DNA of 64,000 nt, from the IMG/VR virus record IMGVR_UViG_3300041583_000459; one strand, written 5' to 3'. Source of the stretch: an uncultured virus (IMG/VR IMGVR_UViG_3300041583_000459). Lineage: Duplodnaviria > Heunggongvirae > Uroviricota > Caudoviricetes. The translations under genes were made by a program, and so were the position numbers. Within the stretch, counting starts at the first letter, position 1, and every line of letters starts with the position of its first letter. This document shows, in pieces, positions 52,307 through 61,794 of the stretch. The notes below the pieces were generated by a model. That model was not told the DNA's origin. It saw only the letters and a list, made by a program, of their open reading frames with translations, and ran no database searches.

Positions 52307-52314
52307 TATAAATA
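52307..52314 (+). promoter_or_regulatory. T4-type late promoter upstream of regA
   Basis: TATAAATA. Confidence 0.75.
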
Positions 52315-52371
52315 CCCTTGTGACTTGTTAATGTTTGGTCATGATAAAAATAATAATAAAGGGGTGAAATT

Positions 52372-52779
52372 ATGGTTAAAAATGACATCTTTAGGGGTGT
52401 TGGGGTAGAAATTTCACTACACCAACCAGAAGATTTTCTTAAAATTAAAGAGACACTGACCAGAATAGGCATAGCTTCAAGAAAAGAAAAAAAACTATAT
52501 CAGTCTTGTCATATATTACATAAACAAGGTAGATACTCAATTCTTCATTTTAAAGAACTTTTTATCTTAGATGGTAAAGACGACAATTTTGATGAAGATG
52601 ATGAAGGCAGAAGAAATACCATCGTAAATCTTTTGGAAGAATGGGGCCTATTAGAAGTCGTTGATAATATGGAAACAGAAGATCTTGTTGCACCATTGAG
52701 CAAGATTAAGATACTATCACACAAAGAAAAAGAGCAATGGGTTCTTGAAAGTAAATATAATATTGGAAAAAAGAAGTGA
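52372..52779 (+). CDS. regA: Translational repressor RegA
   Basis: DFLKIKETLTRIGIA, LYQSCHILHKQG.Y..HFKE, KYNIG. Confidence 0.97.
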   Translation: MVKNDIFRGVGVEISLHQPEDFLKIKETLTRIGIASRKEKKLYQSCHILHKQGRYSILHFKELFILDGKDDNFDEDDEGRRNTIVNLLEEWGLLEVVDNMETEDLVAPLSKIKILSHKEKEQWVLESKYNIGKKK

Positions 52780-52787
52780 GGTAAATA

Positions 52788-53297
52788 ATGAAAATTTTTC
52801 GTTTGAACGAAAAAGCTATCCTACCAGAATTTGCGACAGAAGGTTCGGCGGGGTTTGATTTGCGGGCATGTTTTGAAGTTACAACAAGAATCAAAACATT
52901 CAATCCACATAACAAAATGATTGAAATTCCGGTCAAAAAAGTTGAAAGCGGCATTCAATTTCAAGTGCAACCGCAGTTCAGAACTTTAATACCAACGGGT
53001 CTAATTTTTGATATTCCAGATAAGCATGTCATGAAAGTATATCCGCGATCAGGTATGGCAGTAAAATATGGTTTGACTTTGGCTAACGCTGTTGGTGTCA
53101 TAGATTGTGATTATATTGATGAGGTATTCATCACATTGTTTAACATGAGTGATACCCCAATTACTGTCTATGATGGCGATAGACTTGCACAAGCAATGCT
53201 TGAAAAGCTTCCTACATATTCAATCGAAGAAGCAAAAAGACGCCCTAAACAAAAAACTACAAGAGAAGGTGGTTTTGGTAGCACCGGAACCGAATAA
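52788..53297 (+). CDS. dut: Trimeric dUTPase
   Basis: SAGFDL, PRSG, GVIDCDY, RLAQ, REGGFGSTG. Confidence 0.95.
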   Translation: MKIFRLNEKAILPEFATEGSAGFDLRACFEVTTRIKTFNPHNKMIEIPVKKVESGIQFQVQPQFRTLIPTGLIFDIPDKHVMKVYPRSGMAVKYGLTLANAVGVIDCDYIDEVFITLFNMSDTPITVYDGDRLAQAMLEKLPTYSIEEAKRRPKQKTTREGGFGSTGTE

Positions 53298-53426
53298 CAA
53301 AAATCCCTACACGAAAATCATATTTGTGTAGGGGTCCATACACACAGAGGAGAACATGGTATGTCACATATACCATACTACGGCGAAGAAGAAAACACAC
53401 ACACACAAAACAAAAAGGATACGAAA

Positions 53427-53672
53427 ATGAGTAAAAATGGATTCGAGATTAGGTTAGATGTCCTAAAAATGGCAAAAGAAATGATGGATCGACAATACCA
53501 AGATTCGATGAATACATACTGGAACACAGTTGAAAGTGCATCTAAACATTGGAACAAATCTGTGTCAGATGTTATCACACAATCAAAATTTGTAAAGCCT
53601 TCTATGTATTCACCAAAAGAAATGATGGATAGCGCACAAGAGCTTTATTCTTTTGTTTCCAAAAAAGATTAA
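53427..53672 (+). CDS. Conserved hypothetical phage protein
   Basis: MSKNGFEIRLDVLKMAK...A.ELY.FV. Confidence 0.65.
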   Translation: MSKNGFEIRLDVLKMAKEMMDRQYQDSMNTYWNTVESASKHWNKSVSDVITQSKFVKPSMYSPKEMMDSAQELYSFVSKKD

Positions 53673-53677
53673 TTGAC

Positions 53678-54274
53678 ATGGAGAAACATCATACACCAAA
53701 AGATGTTTCGGATAAAATAGCGAAGGGTTTCACAAAAGCCCTTCGCTTTATTGCTGATACCTTCTTTAGGAAAAAGTATATACATAGAGCAGTTGTTCTT
53801 GAAACAGTAGCTGCTGTCCCTGGGATGGTTGCAGGTGCAGGATTGCACTTGAAATCACTAAGAAACATGCAAGATGATAGAGGCTGGATAAAAGAATTGT
53901 TGGATGAGGCAGACAATGAAAGAATGCATCTGATGACATTTGTTGAACTTTCTAAACCTTCTTGGTTTGAAAGAGTGTTAATAATGACTACGCAAGCATT
54001 ATTTGTTATTTTCTATGCATTTGTGTATTTCTTTTTTCAAAAAACTGCACATAGAATTGTAGGATATTTCGAAGAAGAAGCCGTTCGCTCATACACTGAA
54101 TTTCTTTTGGAGATTGACAAAGGAAAAATTGAAAATGTACCTGCACCAAAGATAGCAATTAAATACTGGGGCCTCCCTGAAGATGCTACACTTAGGGATG
54201 TTGTAATTGCAGTAAGATTGGACGAAGAAGGACATCGTGATAGAAATCACGAAATGGCTGACGAGTTATCATAA
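53678..54274 (+). CDS. aox: Alternative oxidase (di-iron ubiquinol oxidase)
   Basis: LETVAAVPGMV, EADNERMHL, HRIVGYFEEEA..SY, R.DE..HRD. Confidence 0.95.
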   Translation: MEKHHTPKDVSDKIAKGFTKALRFIADTFFRKKYIHRAVVLETVAAVPGMVAGAGLHLKSLRNMQDDRGWIKELLDEADNERMHLMTFVELSKPSWFERVLIMTTQALFVIFYAFVYFFFQKTAHRIVGYFEEEAVRSYTEFLLEIDKGKIENVPAPKIAIKYWGLPEDATLRDVVIAVRLDEEGHRDRNHEMADELS

Positions 54275-54296
54275 AATAACCATTGACAAATGATTG

Positions 54297-54324
54297 AAAG
54301 AGAGCATGTTTATGCTCTCTTTTT
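54297..54324. terminator. Bidirectional terminator between convergent genes
   Basis: AAAGAGAGCAT-GTTT-ATGCTCTCTTTTT. Confidence 0.75.
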
Positions 54325-56140
54325 AGTTTATACCTCTTGGCATTCCATAATCAAGACTTGACCCACCGCCATTGCCTCCGCCACTAATAAATGTTTGATT
54401 TGAGCTCGAACCACCTCTAACATTATTTTGAACAGAAGGTGCGATGACTGGCGATTGATTTATCAGTATTGTACTTCCAGATTTTGCCGCGTTTCTTTCT
54501 ATCATTTGAAATTCACCCATACGGGTTTCTAAATCAAGTCTTGCTGCCGCCGCTGTAGCTTTTATTTGATCTATGTTTGATCTAAAATCGTTTTGTCCAT
54601 TATTGACATTTGATTGTGCTTCATTAAGGTCTGATTTTGATACTATTTGTGCCCATTCAGGAAGTAAGGATGTTGCCGAACTAATCGCATTCAATGCCAT
54701 CAATTTTATTCTTGCTGGTATAGAGGAAATCCAATCGCCAAATTCTGCAAACCCAATTTTTATTTTTTCGGACACATCAATAAACATGCCTTCTGCAAAC
54801 ATCTGTATCCTGTCTGGAATGCTGGAAAAAAATCCAGTCAAGTCTTGAAATTTTTCTACTACCATATTTCTTACACCACTCCACACATCTTTCAAATAAG
54901 AAAGAAGATTGAAGGTAGGTGCATCTTCGTCTCTGAAACCAAACTTTTTAGACACCCAATCAATAGCTAAACTTACTGGCGTCCATACTAAATCAAGAAA
55001 CCCACCTTCACCAACATAACCATTCCACAGTTGTTTGAGTGCAGTAACGGGATCTGAAAATAATGTTTTTACCCATTCGAACGTATCACGCAAGAAATCA
55101 AAAACACCAGCTGTCATATTAGTAAATAATGTCGTAAAACTGAAAGATTTTATTGCCTCAGATGTTTCATCAAAACCAAGTTTACCAACAACCCAACCAA
55201 CCATATTTTTTATTAAATCTAATGGTACGGTAATAAGTGATGTGAAAAATCCATTTATTGCCCCTTCGAAAAAACCAAGTTTACCCCCCTCTGCATAACC
55301 ATCTATTGCGCCCTTTATAGTCTCAAATGCAGTAATAATTATATTCAAAGGCAAGAATATTTTTCCAAGTATTTTACCTAGCCAAGAAACACTTGAACCT
55401 ATAGCTCTTAAAAAATCGCCAATTTTTGTAAAATACCCATTTAGCGCAGTTGACGAAGTAAATAAACTTTTAATAGCCACTATACCGTCTCTAAAAATAT
55501 CACTCACTAGTTTTATTCTATCGCTAAGAGAATTTATGAAATTTGCAATTGGTGATTGTGCTGTAATTGAAAATGTATTTCTTATACTAGTAATTGCGTT
55601 TGTTATCGTTGTAGATAATGATTGCCTTGCAGCATTAAATGTATCTCTTATAGCGATACCAAAATTTACAAATGTTGTTATTACTGATGTCTTAAAATTA
55701 TTTAACCCTGTAGCCAAACTTGGGACGAAAAATTTTGTAAAAAAAGCTATTTCTTTTAATTGTGAAGTAATTACCGCAATACTCGCACTTACTGCTATTG
55801 TAAATGCGCTACCAAGTAATCCCAATTTAAATATTGCACTTAAAGATCCCTCATCTTCAATATTTCTATTCGCATCTGGTGCTGGAGGCGGTACTGGTGC
55901 TGGAGGCGGCTCGCTCCCATTAGTATTAAGTCCATCAAGATCATCTTTTCTATTTTGTGCCTCTAAAGCTTCTTTTGTTGCTGCATTTTGTGTAAGTAGG
56001 CTTGTTTTAATAGATTCAAAGACTGGCCCATAAGCTTCAATTTTTTGTGAAATATCTTTAGATGAGTTTATCTCTGAGACCCTTGTTAGCTGTCCCTCAT
56101 CTTTTAGCTTTTCGATTACTTCTTCTAATGTTGCCGCCAT
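54323..56140 (-). CDS. Tape-measure / gp29-like protein
   Basis: 605 aa, helical, periodic W/F residues, hydrophobic segment; downstream of gp26/gp51-like genes. Confidence 0.7.
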   Translation of the reverse strand: MAATLEEVIEKLKDEGQLTRVSEINSSKDISQKIEAYGPVFESIKTSLLTQNAATKEALEAQNRKDDLDGLNTNGSEPPPAPVPPPAPDANRNIEDEGSLSAIFKLGLLGSAFTIAVSASIAVITSQLKEIAFFTKFFVPSLATGLNNFKTSVITTFVNFGIAIRDTFNAARQSLSTTITNAITSIRNTFSITAQSPIANFINSLSDRIKLVSDIFRDGIVAIKSLFTSSTALNGYFTKIGDFLRAIGSSVSWLGKILGKIFLPLNIIITAFETIKGAIDGYAEGGKLGFFEGAINGFFTSLITVPLDLIKNMVGWVVGKLGFDETSEAIKSFSFTTLFTNMTAGVFDFLRDTFEWVKTLFSDPVTALKQLWNGYVGEGGFLDLVWTPVSLAIDWVSKKFGFRDEDAPTFNLLSYLKDVWSGVRNMVVEKFQDLTGFFSSIPDRIQMFAEGMFIDVSEKIKIGFAEFGDWISSIPARIKLMALNAISSATSLLPEWAQIVSKSDLNEAQSNVNNGQNDFRSNIDQIKATAAAARLDLETRMGEFQMIERNAAKSGSTILINQSPVIAPSVQNNVRGGSSSNQTFISGGGNGGGSSLDYGMPRGIN

Positions 56141-56142
56141 TT

Positions 56143-56319
56143 TTACCTACTATTTTGCTGTTGTTCTTCTAGTTGCTTTATGTAATCTGATAACATATCA
56201 AAATATATATCTCTTTCAAAGGGTAGCATATTTTCTATTTCTGCTATCGAATAATCATGGTGTTGGGCCATCACAAATATCTTCTTATAATATAAAAATA
56301 AATTAGTGTGGCACAACAT
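56143..56319 (-). CDS. gp51-like baseplate hub assembly protein (58 aa, not in the ORF track)
   Basis: MLCHTNLFLYYKKIFVMAQHHDYSIAEIENMLPFERDIYFDML..YI. Confidence 0.8.
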   Translation of the reverse strand: MLCHTNLFLYYKKIFVMAQHHDYSIAEIENMLPFERDIYFDMLSDYIKQLEEQQQNSR

Positions 56320-57020
56320 CAGATAAAAAAAGATTCTGTTCCTTGTATCACAAATATCTTATTATTCCCTTCCGAGTTTGTATATGCGATTTCATGTCTT
56401 ACTTTTGGAAGGGTGTCGAAGAATTTCTTTATTTGTTTGATCGTGTCGCTGTGCAGGCTATCAACAAAATCATCAATTTCTTTTTTACTGAAATCTTTGA
56501 AATTGAACACATCTTCATCAGAAGCCATTTTATCAAGACATGCAATCATTACATTGTAGCTGTCTTCGCTTGTTTGTTTTTCTTTTAATGCAATTATAGC
56601 AAAGTTGTCAATAGTAGGATACTTTAGAAATAAAGTGTACACATCAGATAGCTTTATTTTATTAGTATGGTTTGGGTCTTTTTCTATTTTCACCGAACCC
56701 AAATCTAGCTCCAGTTTTATTTTTTCTTGTGTGTCGGGGTCTGTAATTTCAAATTCTACCTTATTGTCAACTGATTTTGACCTAAGTGTTATCAACAGAT
56801 ATTCAATATCGAAAACCGCCAAACTATCAATGTCTTTTTCGAGCAAGCAGTTATTCAGTATTTGCTTAATTGAAAGCATAATTTGTTCAGGGTCATCGGA
56901 CTCTTGAGCAGTCAGAAGTATCTTTTCTTCCTTGACAGTGAATGGTCTAAACTTTACATTTTCACCAGTAGAAGGCAATTTGAATGTGTATATCGGTAAA
57001 TCTATCTTAGGTAATGCCAT
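56319..57020 (-). CDS. gp26-like baseplate hub assembly protein
   Basis: MALPKI..P.Y...LPSTG..VKFRPF.VKEEKILL, FD.EY....LR.KSV, G..SFF end. Confidence 0.9.
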   Translation of the reverse strand: MALPKIDLPIYTFKLPSTGENVKFRPFTVKEEKILLTAQESDDPEQIMLSIKQILNNCLLEKDIDSLAVFDIEYLLITLRSKSVDNKVEFEITDPDTQEKIKLELDLGSVKIEKDPNHTNKIKLSDVYTLFLKYPTIDNFAIIALKEKQTSEDSYNVMIACLDKMASDEDVFNFKDFSKKEIDDFVDSLHSDTIKQIKKFFDTLPKVRHEIAYTNSEGNNKIFVIQGTESFFI

Positions 57021-57034
57021 AATTTATGTCCTTA

Positions 57035-57802
57035 TTATTTAAAAAGATTTTTCAATCTTGCGAAGTCATTTTTGATTGTGGTAAATTTATTAACTGCATC
57101 TTGTATAGACCTTGGCAACCCAGACTGTTCAATTGATTGTCCGTACCCGCCTACTGTATTTAGATACTGAAGATAACCAGTTCCTCTTGAAAACCTTTCA
57201 GTAGGTGAACCTGTAATTGCAGCCTGCATTCTTATTTCACTATAAGAAAAGCTAACTGGCAAGCTGGCCAATGAGTTATTTTCTTCCCAACTTAGATTGA
57301 TGGAACCAATTTGAGTTGGGTAAACGTCTTTCAAAGTGCACAGATAAAATGCGTTTTCATCGTGGGTAGAATAGAAGCGTATTTCCATATCCAAAGCATA
57401 TTCTTTTTTATATCCAATTTCATATGGGTACTTATCATCTACCGAAGAAAAAGCGCCACCAGATAAATCATAGTTCACTACGCGTTGAATCCATTCATGA
57501 AAAAAGCTAAGAACCTTGTGATCCGAATCTAGTATGAAAATACAGCTTAGTGGGTCAGAGTTTATACCGATTGGCATAGTGTGAGCCATACCAAATCCTT
57601 GTGGTTTGAAATCAGTCACGGCTAAATTTATACTTGGCATATTTACAGATTTACAAAAAAAACGCAAATCACCACTTGGCATGTATTGATTAGAAGGTCT
57701 GTCTATATTTTTTTCAAATATGCTTACTACAAAAAAACTGGTGCGCGCTAACCCCCCATACTGATTTATCTTGGCCTTGAAATCATTTATGTTAAAAGTC
57801 AT
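57035..57802 (-). CDS. Tail-tube-fold protein (gp54-like tube initiator)
   Basis: GGLAR...F.V, C..V.MP, FF..W...V, YP..IG.I.LSW, V.F.Y. Confidence 0.75.
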   Translation of the reverse strand: MTFNINDFKAKINQYGGLARTSFFVVSIFEKNIDRPSNQYMPSGDLRFFCKSVNMPSINLAVTDFKPQGFGMAHTMPIGINSDPLSCIFILDSDHKVLSFFHEWIQRVVNYDLSGGAFSSVDDKYPYEIGYKKEYALDMEIRFYSTHDENAFYLCTLKDVYPTQIGSINLSWEENNSLASLPVSFSYSEIRMQAAITGSPTERFSRGTGYLQYLNTVGGYGQSIEQSGLPRSIQDAVNKFTTIKNDFARLKNLFK

Positions 57803-58398
57803 TTACTTCCTCGTATTATCTTTTTTGAGTCTGCCCAGACTTGGGTTTTTGTCGCTTTTTCAAATCTTGCGGTGTCTAAGAATAATGCAATATCCCATTC
57901 AACTGGATTAACATACAAAAGACGACTACGAATTTGACTTGATAGATAATGTTTTATAGTCGGTTTGAATTCAGCAAACTTTTCCGCAGATTTTAATATC
58001 TTGTATGATATTTCCATTTTTGTTTTTTCGTCGTATTTTTCATTACTGGTTATCTCATATAGATTGTCCATCAAAGAAGCTCTAAGTTTCAATGGAAGAT
58101 AATGGAAGTTGATGCCTAAGAAACCACCCTTTGCTTTATTTATTGGAAATATTAAAGGGAACCTATCATAATACGGTAGTGTGGCTTTGTGTTTTGGATC
58201 ATAAAAGAACATGTACATATTGCCAATTCGGAACCTACTTTCAAATTGATTTTCTTTACTTTTCATCAGAGAGGTTTCGTTTATCTTACCAAGACCTTTG
58301 GCTTGATCCCGATACCATGTCCTTGCCGTGCTTGTTCGTGCTGGCACTTGTCCAGCCTTCAACCCCTTGAGTAATAAATCATCGAAAATTTTAGCCAT
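57799..58398 (-). CDS. DNA end protector gp2
   Basis: G.MY.F.YDPK.K..LPYYD.FPL, GINFHYL, K.YL. Confidence 0.92.
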   Translation of the reverse strand: MAKIFDDLLLKGLKAGQVPARTSTARTWYRDQAKGLGKINETSLMKSKENQFESRFRIGNMYMFFYDPKHKATLPYYDRFPLIFPINKAKGGFLGINFHYLPLKLRASLMDNLYEITSNEKYDEKTKMEISYKILKSAEKFAEFKPTIKHYLSSQIRSRLLYVNPVEWDIALFLDTARFEKATKTQVWADSKKIIRGSK

Positions 58399-58399
58399 T

Positions 58400-58858
58400 C
58401 TATTTTATCCCAAGTCCTTTTTCTGTCATTATTTCAAAAACCCAACCTTTTTCGTCACAGTATTTTTTTGCAGCTATCCACTTCGCTTCATTAACACCAT
58501 AAGTTTTAACCTCGCGCAAATACCTTGTAGATATTCTTCCAGTTGGTGTAGAATTTTTCTTTTGAATGTCTGGTGGTCTAGTCTGCTTGTCTGGTTTAAT
58601 TTCTATCATCACTATTGCATATTTATCATCGCCAATTTTTTTCTTTAAAATAACATCAGGGAAGTAACGATGCATTTTTCCATCTATAGGTGAACGATAA
58701 GGTACTGCGATTTCTTCACTCTGCCACCAAATGATATCTGGGTGCTTATCCACAAATCTAAAAAATTTTAATTCCCAAAGCGACCTGTAAATAATCTTAC
58801 TTGGGTCGCCTTTATATTTTTCTGGTTTATTTGGCTTAAATCGTCCACTATATGCCAT
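58400..58858 (-). CDS. Head completion nuclease gp4
   Basis: Y.G.F.P..P.KY.GD, YRS.WE, W.SEE, RYFPD, EIKP, N.AKW. Confidence 0.95.
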   Translation of the reverse strand: MAYSGRFKPNKPEKYKGDPSKIIYRSLWELKFFRFVDKHPDIIWWQSEEIAVPYRSPIDGKMHRYFPDVILKKKIGDDKYAIVMIEIKPDKQTRPPDIQKKNSTPTGRISTRYLREVKTYGVNEAKWIAAKKYCDEKGWVFEIMTEKGLGIK

Positions 58859-58874
58859 TTTTTATTTTCTTTCG

Positions 58875-58907
58875 TATAAATAAGAATAAGCGTTAATACT
58901 ATTTATA
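58875..58907. promoter_or_regulatory. Pair of opposed late promoters for gp48 (+, 58875-58882) and gp4 (-, 58900-58907)
   Basis: TATAAATA on both strands. Confidence 0.85.
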
Positions 58908-58925
58908 CGAACATAAGGAAGATAA

Positions 58926-59903
58926 ATGCCAATATCTACAGTAATAGAAAGAAAAAGAAGAGGCAGAAATAGTAATATATTGCAGTTCCCCGATGATTTG
59001 GGTGCGCACTCTCTTCTTTTTATGTTCAGAAAATACGAGTACGTTAAGCCAGGTGAAAGGGCGCTCAATAAGGTTACTGATGAAACTTTGTCTAATGCTA
59101 ATCTTACTGGCATGGATAACATAATGCTTCCTTTACCAACTAACATAGCAGATAACTTCACTGTTAGAATACAAAGATTTGATCAGGAATTTACAGGTGA
59201 TATTGTGTCTGCTGGTGCCGCTGGTCTGGGCGTACAAGGAAATGTGTCTGACCAAACATTAGGCAATTTGGGTGGGGTTGTGCTAGATTCGCTCCCTACG
59301 CCAGATTTGAAAGCATTGATGGCATTGGACTTGGGAAGCCTGTCAAGAGATGCTGCATTTTTATCAAGAAGAGTTATTGACAAAAATTTTAGTGGTTTGT
59401 CGAGAAATTTAGATGCTGGTTTTGGCAATACAGTAAATCCAAAAGCATCATTATTTTTTGATGGTATTGAAATGAAAACCCACACATTCAATTGGAGTTT
59501 AGCTCCTAGATCCGAATCAGAATCAAAGGCAATTCGAGACATAAATAATACAATAAAGAAAAACATACTTCCATCTTACGGCCAAGTTCGTGGTCTAAAT
59601 AGAGTACTTTTGAATTATCCAAGCACTGTTGACATATTTTTCTTTGGTGTGGATCAATCATATTTCGTGTATTATAAAACTTGCATGGTACAATCTTTCA
59701 GTGTGGACTTTTCACCACAAGGTCTTGCTTTTGTAAAAGGCGGAAAGCCTGCCATGGTTAATATTTCTATGAACGTCATAGAAACAGATATACATACTTC
59801 CGAAGATTACGGCGGGGTAGGTAGCACCAATTCAGGACAAACGGATGAAGATATCCAAGGCGCTATAGCCGATTTGCAGCGCGGAATTACAAGAGGATTT
59901 TAA
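58926..59903 (+). CDS. Baseplate tail tube cap gp48
   Basis: I.LP.P..I.D, NP....F.G....H.F.W.L.P.S..ES. Confidence 0.8.
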   Translation: MPISTVIERKRRGRNSNILQFPDDLGAHSLLFMFRKYEYVKPGERALNKVTDETLSNANLTGMDNIMLPLPTNIADNFTVRIQRFDQEFTGDIVSAGAAGLGVQGNVSDQTLGNLGGVVLDSLPTPDLKALMALDLGSLSRDAAFLSRRVIDKNFSGLSRNLDAGFGNTVNPKASLFFDGIEMKTHTFNWSLAPRSESESKAIRDINNTIKKNILPSYGQVRGLNRVLLNYPSTVDIFFFGVDQSYFVYYKTCMVQSFSVDFSPQGLAFVKGGKPAMVNISMNVIETDIHTSEDYGGVGSTNSGQTDEDIQGAIADLQRGITRGF

Positions 59904-60284
59904 ATGAGTGAATATTTTGAAACACTTCCACTGATAAGATATGATGGTAAATTGTCAAGAGATTTATCAAGAAACGATAAGTTCAATAATTTTAGTCTTT
60001 CAAATCCATATGTTTTTTTGCCATACACTATAAAAGATGATGATAAAGCAGAAGACATTGCCTTTTATTATTATGGTAGCACTGACTATACTTGGTTGGT
60101 ATATCTTTCAAACAATACACTAGACCCATATCATGATTGGCCACTTTCAGAACAAAATTTTCATGAGTACTTAATACAAAAATACAAAGTTGAATCAGGT
60201 GGATTGGAAGGTTATGATGTGGTAGATTGGACAAGAAGACAAGACAATGATGATAATATAGTTTACTACTATAAGGAAGTATGA
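59904..60284 (+). CDS. Baseplate wedge gp53, N-terminal part
   Basis: YF..LP...Y, Y.I.D....E.IA..YYG....W.V...N...DP...WP. Confidence 0.85.
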   Translation: MSEYFETLPLIRYDGKLSRDLSRNDKFNNFSLSNPYVFLPYTIKDDDKAEDIAFYYYGSTDYTWLVYLSNNTLDPYHDWPLSEQNFHEYLIQKYKVESGGLEGYDVVDWTRRQDNDDNIVYYYKEV

Positions 60285-60526
60285 TGCCAGATATAATAAA
60301 ATTAAACACAATAAGCTTCCAAACTTTATATTTAAGAAAAGAAGATAGTGTGATATTGAGAACAGAATCGAATAAAAAAATTGTTATTGATAGGATCATT
60401 CCAGAAGAATGGAAGCCTTATAGAATCTATGATCTCGAATATGCTACTAATGAAAATAAAAGAAATATTCTTTTAGTTGACAAGAAATACTTGTCGCAAA
60501 TTGATGATGAAATTAGAAATAGATAA
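60281..60526 (+). CDS. gp53 C-terminal-like separate ORF
   Basis: YD.E...NE.KR.I.L....Y motif; ATGA overlap with an AAGGA RBS. Confidence 0.6.
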   Translation: MMPDIIKLNTISFQTLYLRKEDSVILRTESNKKIVIDRIIPEEWKPYRIYDLEYATNENKRNILLVDKKYLSQIDDEIRNR

Positions 60527-61794
60527 TGTCAGAAGGATATGTATTACCTGGGTTTTATACTTTAGAAAAAGCTATTATATCAAATTATAATGGCAAGCAA
60601 ATTGATATTCAAAATATAATACCAAGAATTGATATAAATGAATCCATAGAATATGATAGCATTAGAGGTTCTATTGATATAGTAGATAATATAGGATTTA
60701 TGGAAGATTTTCCACTTCGCGGCGAAGAGCGGTTAGAGCTATCTTTTATAGACCCATTAAAAACCAAAAAAGTGTTCGATCTTTTTGTATATAAAATTGA
60801 TAACGTCCAGATAAAACCAAATAATGATGGTGTGATATACACGATGCATTTTACTTCATATGCAAGATTTAAAGCAGGTTTGAGAAAAATACTGACGCCA
60901 TACGAAACCGCTATTTCAAACATCGCACAGGATGTATACGAAAAGTATTATGACAGTCCAAAACCTATTGTAATAGAACCGACAGAAGGCATTTTCAGAT
61001 GTGTTATCCCAAACTATACGCCAATGCAGACTATGAATTTTTTGGCTTCAAGGGCATACAGTATAGAAAGTCCTTCTTGTTCTTTTAGATTTTTTGAAAA
61101 CAGCGATAGCTTCAATTTCGTATCTGATGAGTTTCTTATGAAAACCGCATTTGACAATGATGGCAAAGATATAAAAGAGTTTACGTTCGATCTTAATATT
61201 GACAATTCCGGAATAGAATTTTTGAAGCAGATGCAAAATCTTAAAGAGTTGTATAATTCACAAAGAGCAGACTCAATTTCCGATTTAAATTCTGGAGCCT
61301 ACACAAACAATGTTGTTGAGCTAGACTTAGTAAGGAAAAAGCTTATCAACAATCGTTATGTGTATAGAGAAGAAAAAGATCGGTACATTAAGTTTGATGT
61401 TAATAGCAAAGATACACACAGCGAACAATTTGAAAACGATGTTTTTGTACAAGAAAACGAACGAAAGTTTTTGTTGGTTCGAGATTACGGATCACTTGGT
61501 GACGAGCCCAGCAATATTAGGGGCGAACAATTTTTAGCTGAGATTGCTTCTAATAGATTAGCATATAGACATCATCTAAAAGGTACAACAGTAAATGCAG
61601 TTGCTTATGGGAGATTAGACTTGAAGGCGGGCGATGTGATTAAGTTGCTGGTAACAGAATTTACTTCAAGTTCAGATAAGAAAAACAACCCCCAACTTTC
61701 CGGCAATTATCTTTTACATACCTTGAGACACAGTTTTGACAATGACGTATATCAAGTAGTTATGCAATTAGTAAAATATGATTGGAGTTCATAA
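60526..61794 (+). CDS. Baseplate hub protein (gp27-like)
   Basis: I.ES....G.I...D, P..GEE, F.FFE, G...L..G..I, SG.YL...RH.F; located between gp53 and gp5. Confidence 0.7.
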   Translation: MSEGYVLPGFYTLEKAIISNYNGKQIDIQNIIPRIDINESIEYDSIRGSIDIVDNIGFMEDFPLRGEERLELSFIDPLKTKKVFDLFVYKIDNVQIKPNNDGVIYTMHFTSYARFKAGLRKILTPYETAISNIAQDVYEKYYDSPKPIVIEPTEGIFRCVIPNYTPMQTMNFLASRAYSIESPSCSFRFFENSDSFNFVSDEFLMKTAFDNDGKDIKEFTFDLNIDNSGIEFLKQMQNLKELYNSQRADSISDLNSGAYTNNVVELDLVRKKLINNRYVYREEKDRYIKFDVNSKDTHSEQFENDVFVQENERKFLLVRDYGSLGDEPSNIRGEQFLAEIASNRLAYRHHLKGTTVNAVAYGRLDLKAGDVIKLLVTEFTSSSDKKNNPQLSGNYLLHTLRHSFDNDVYQVVMQLVKYDWSS

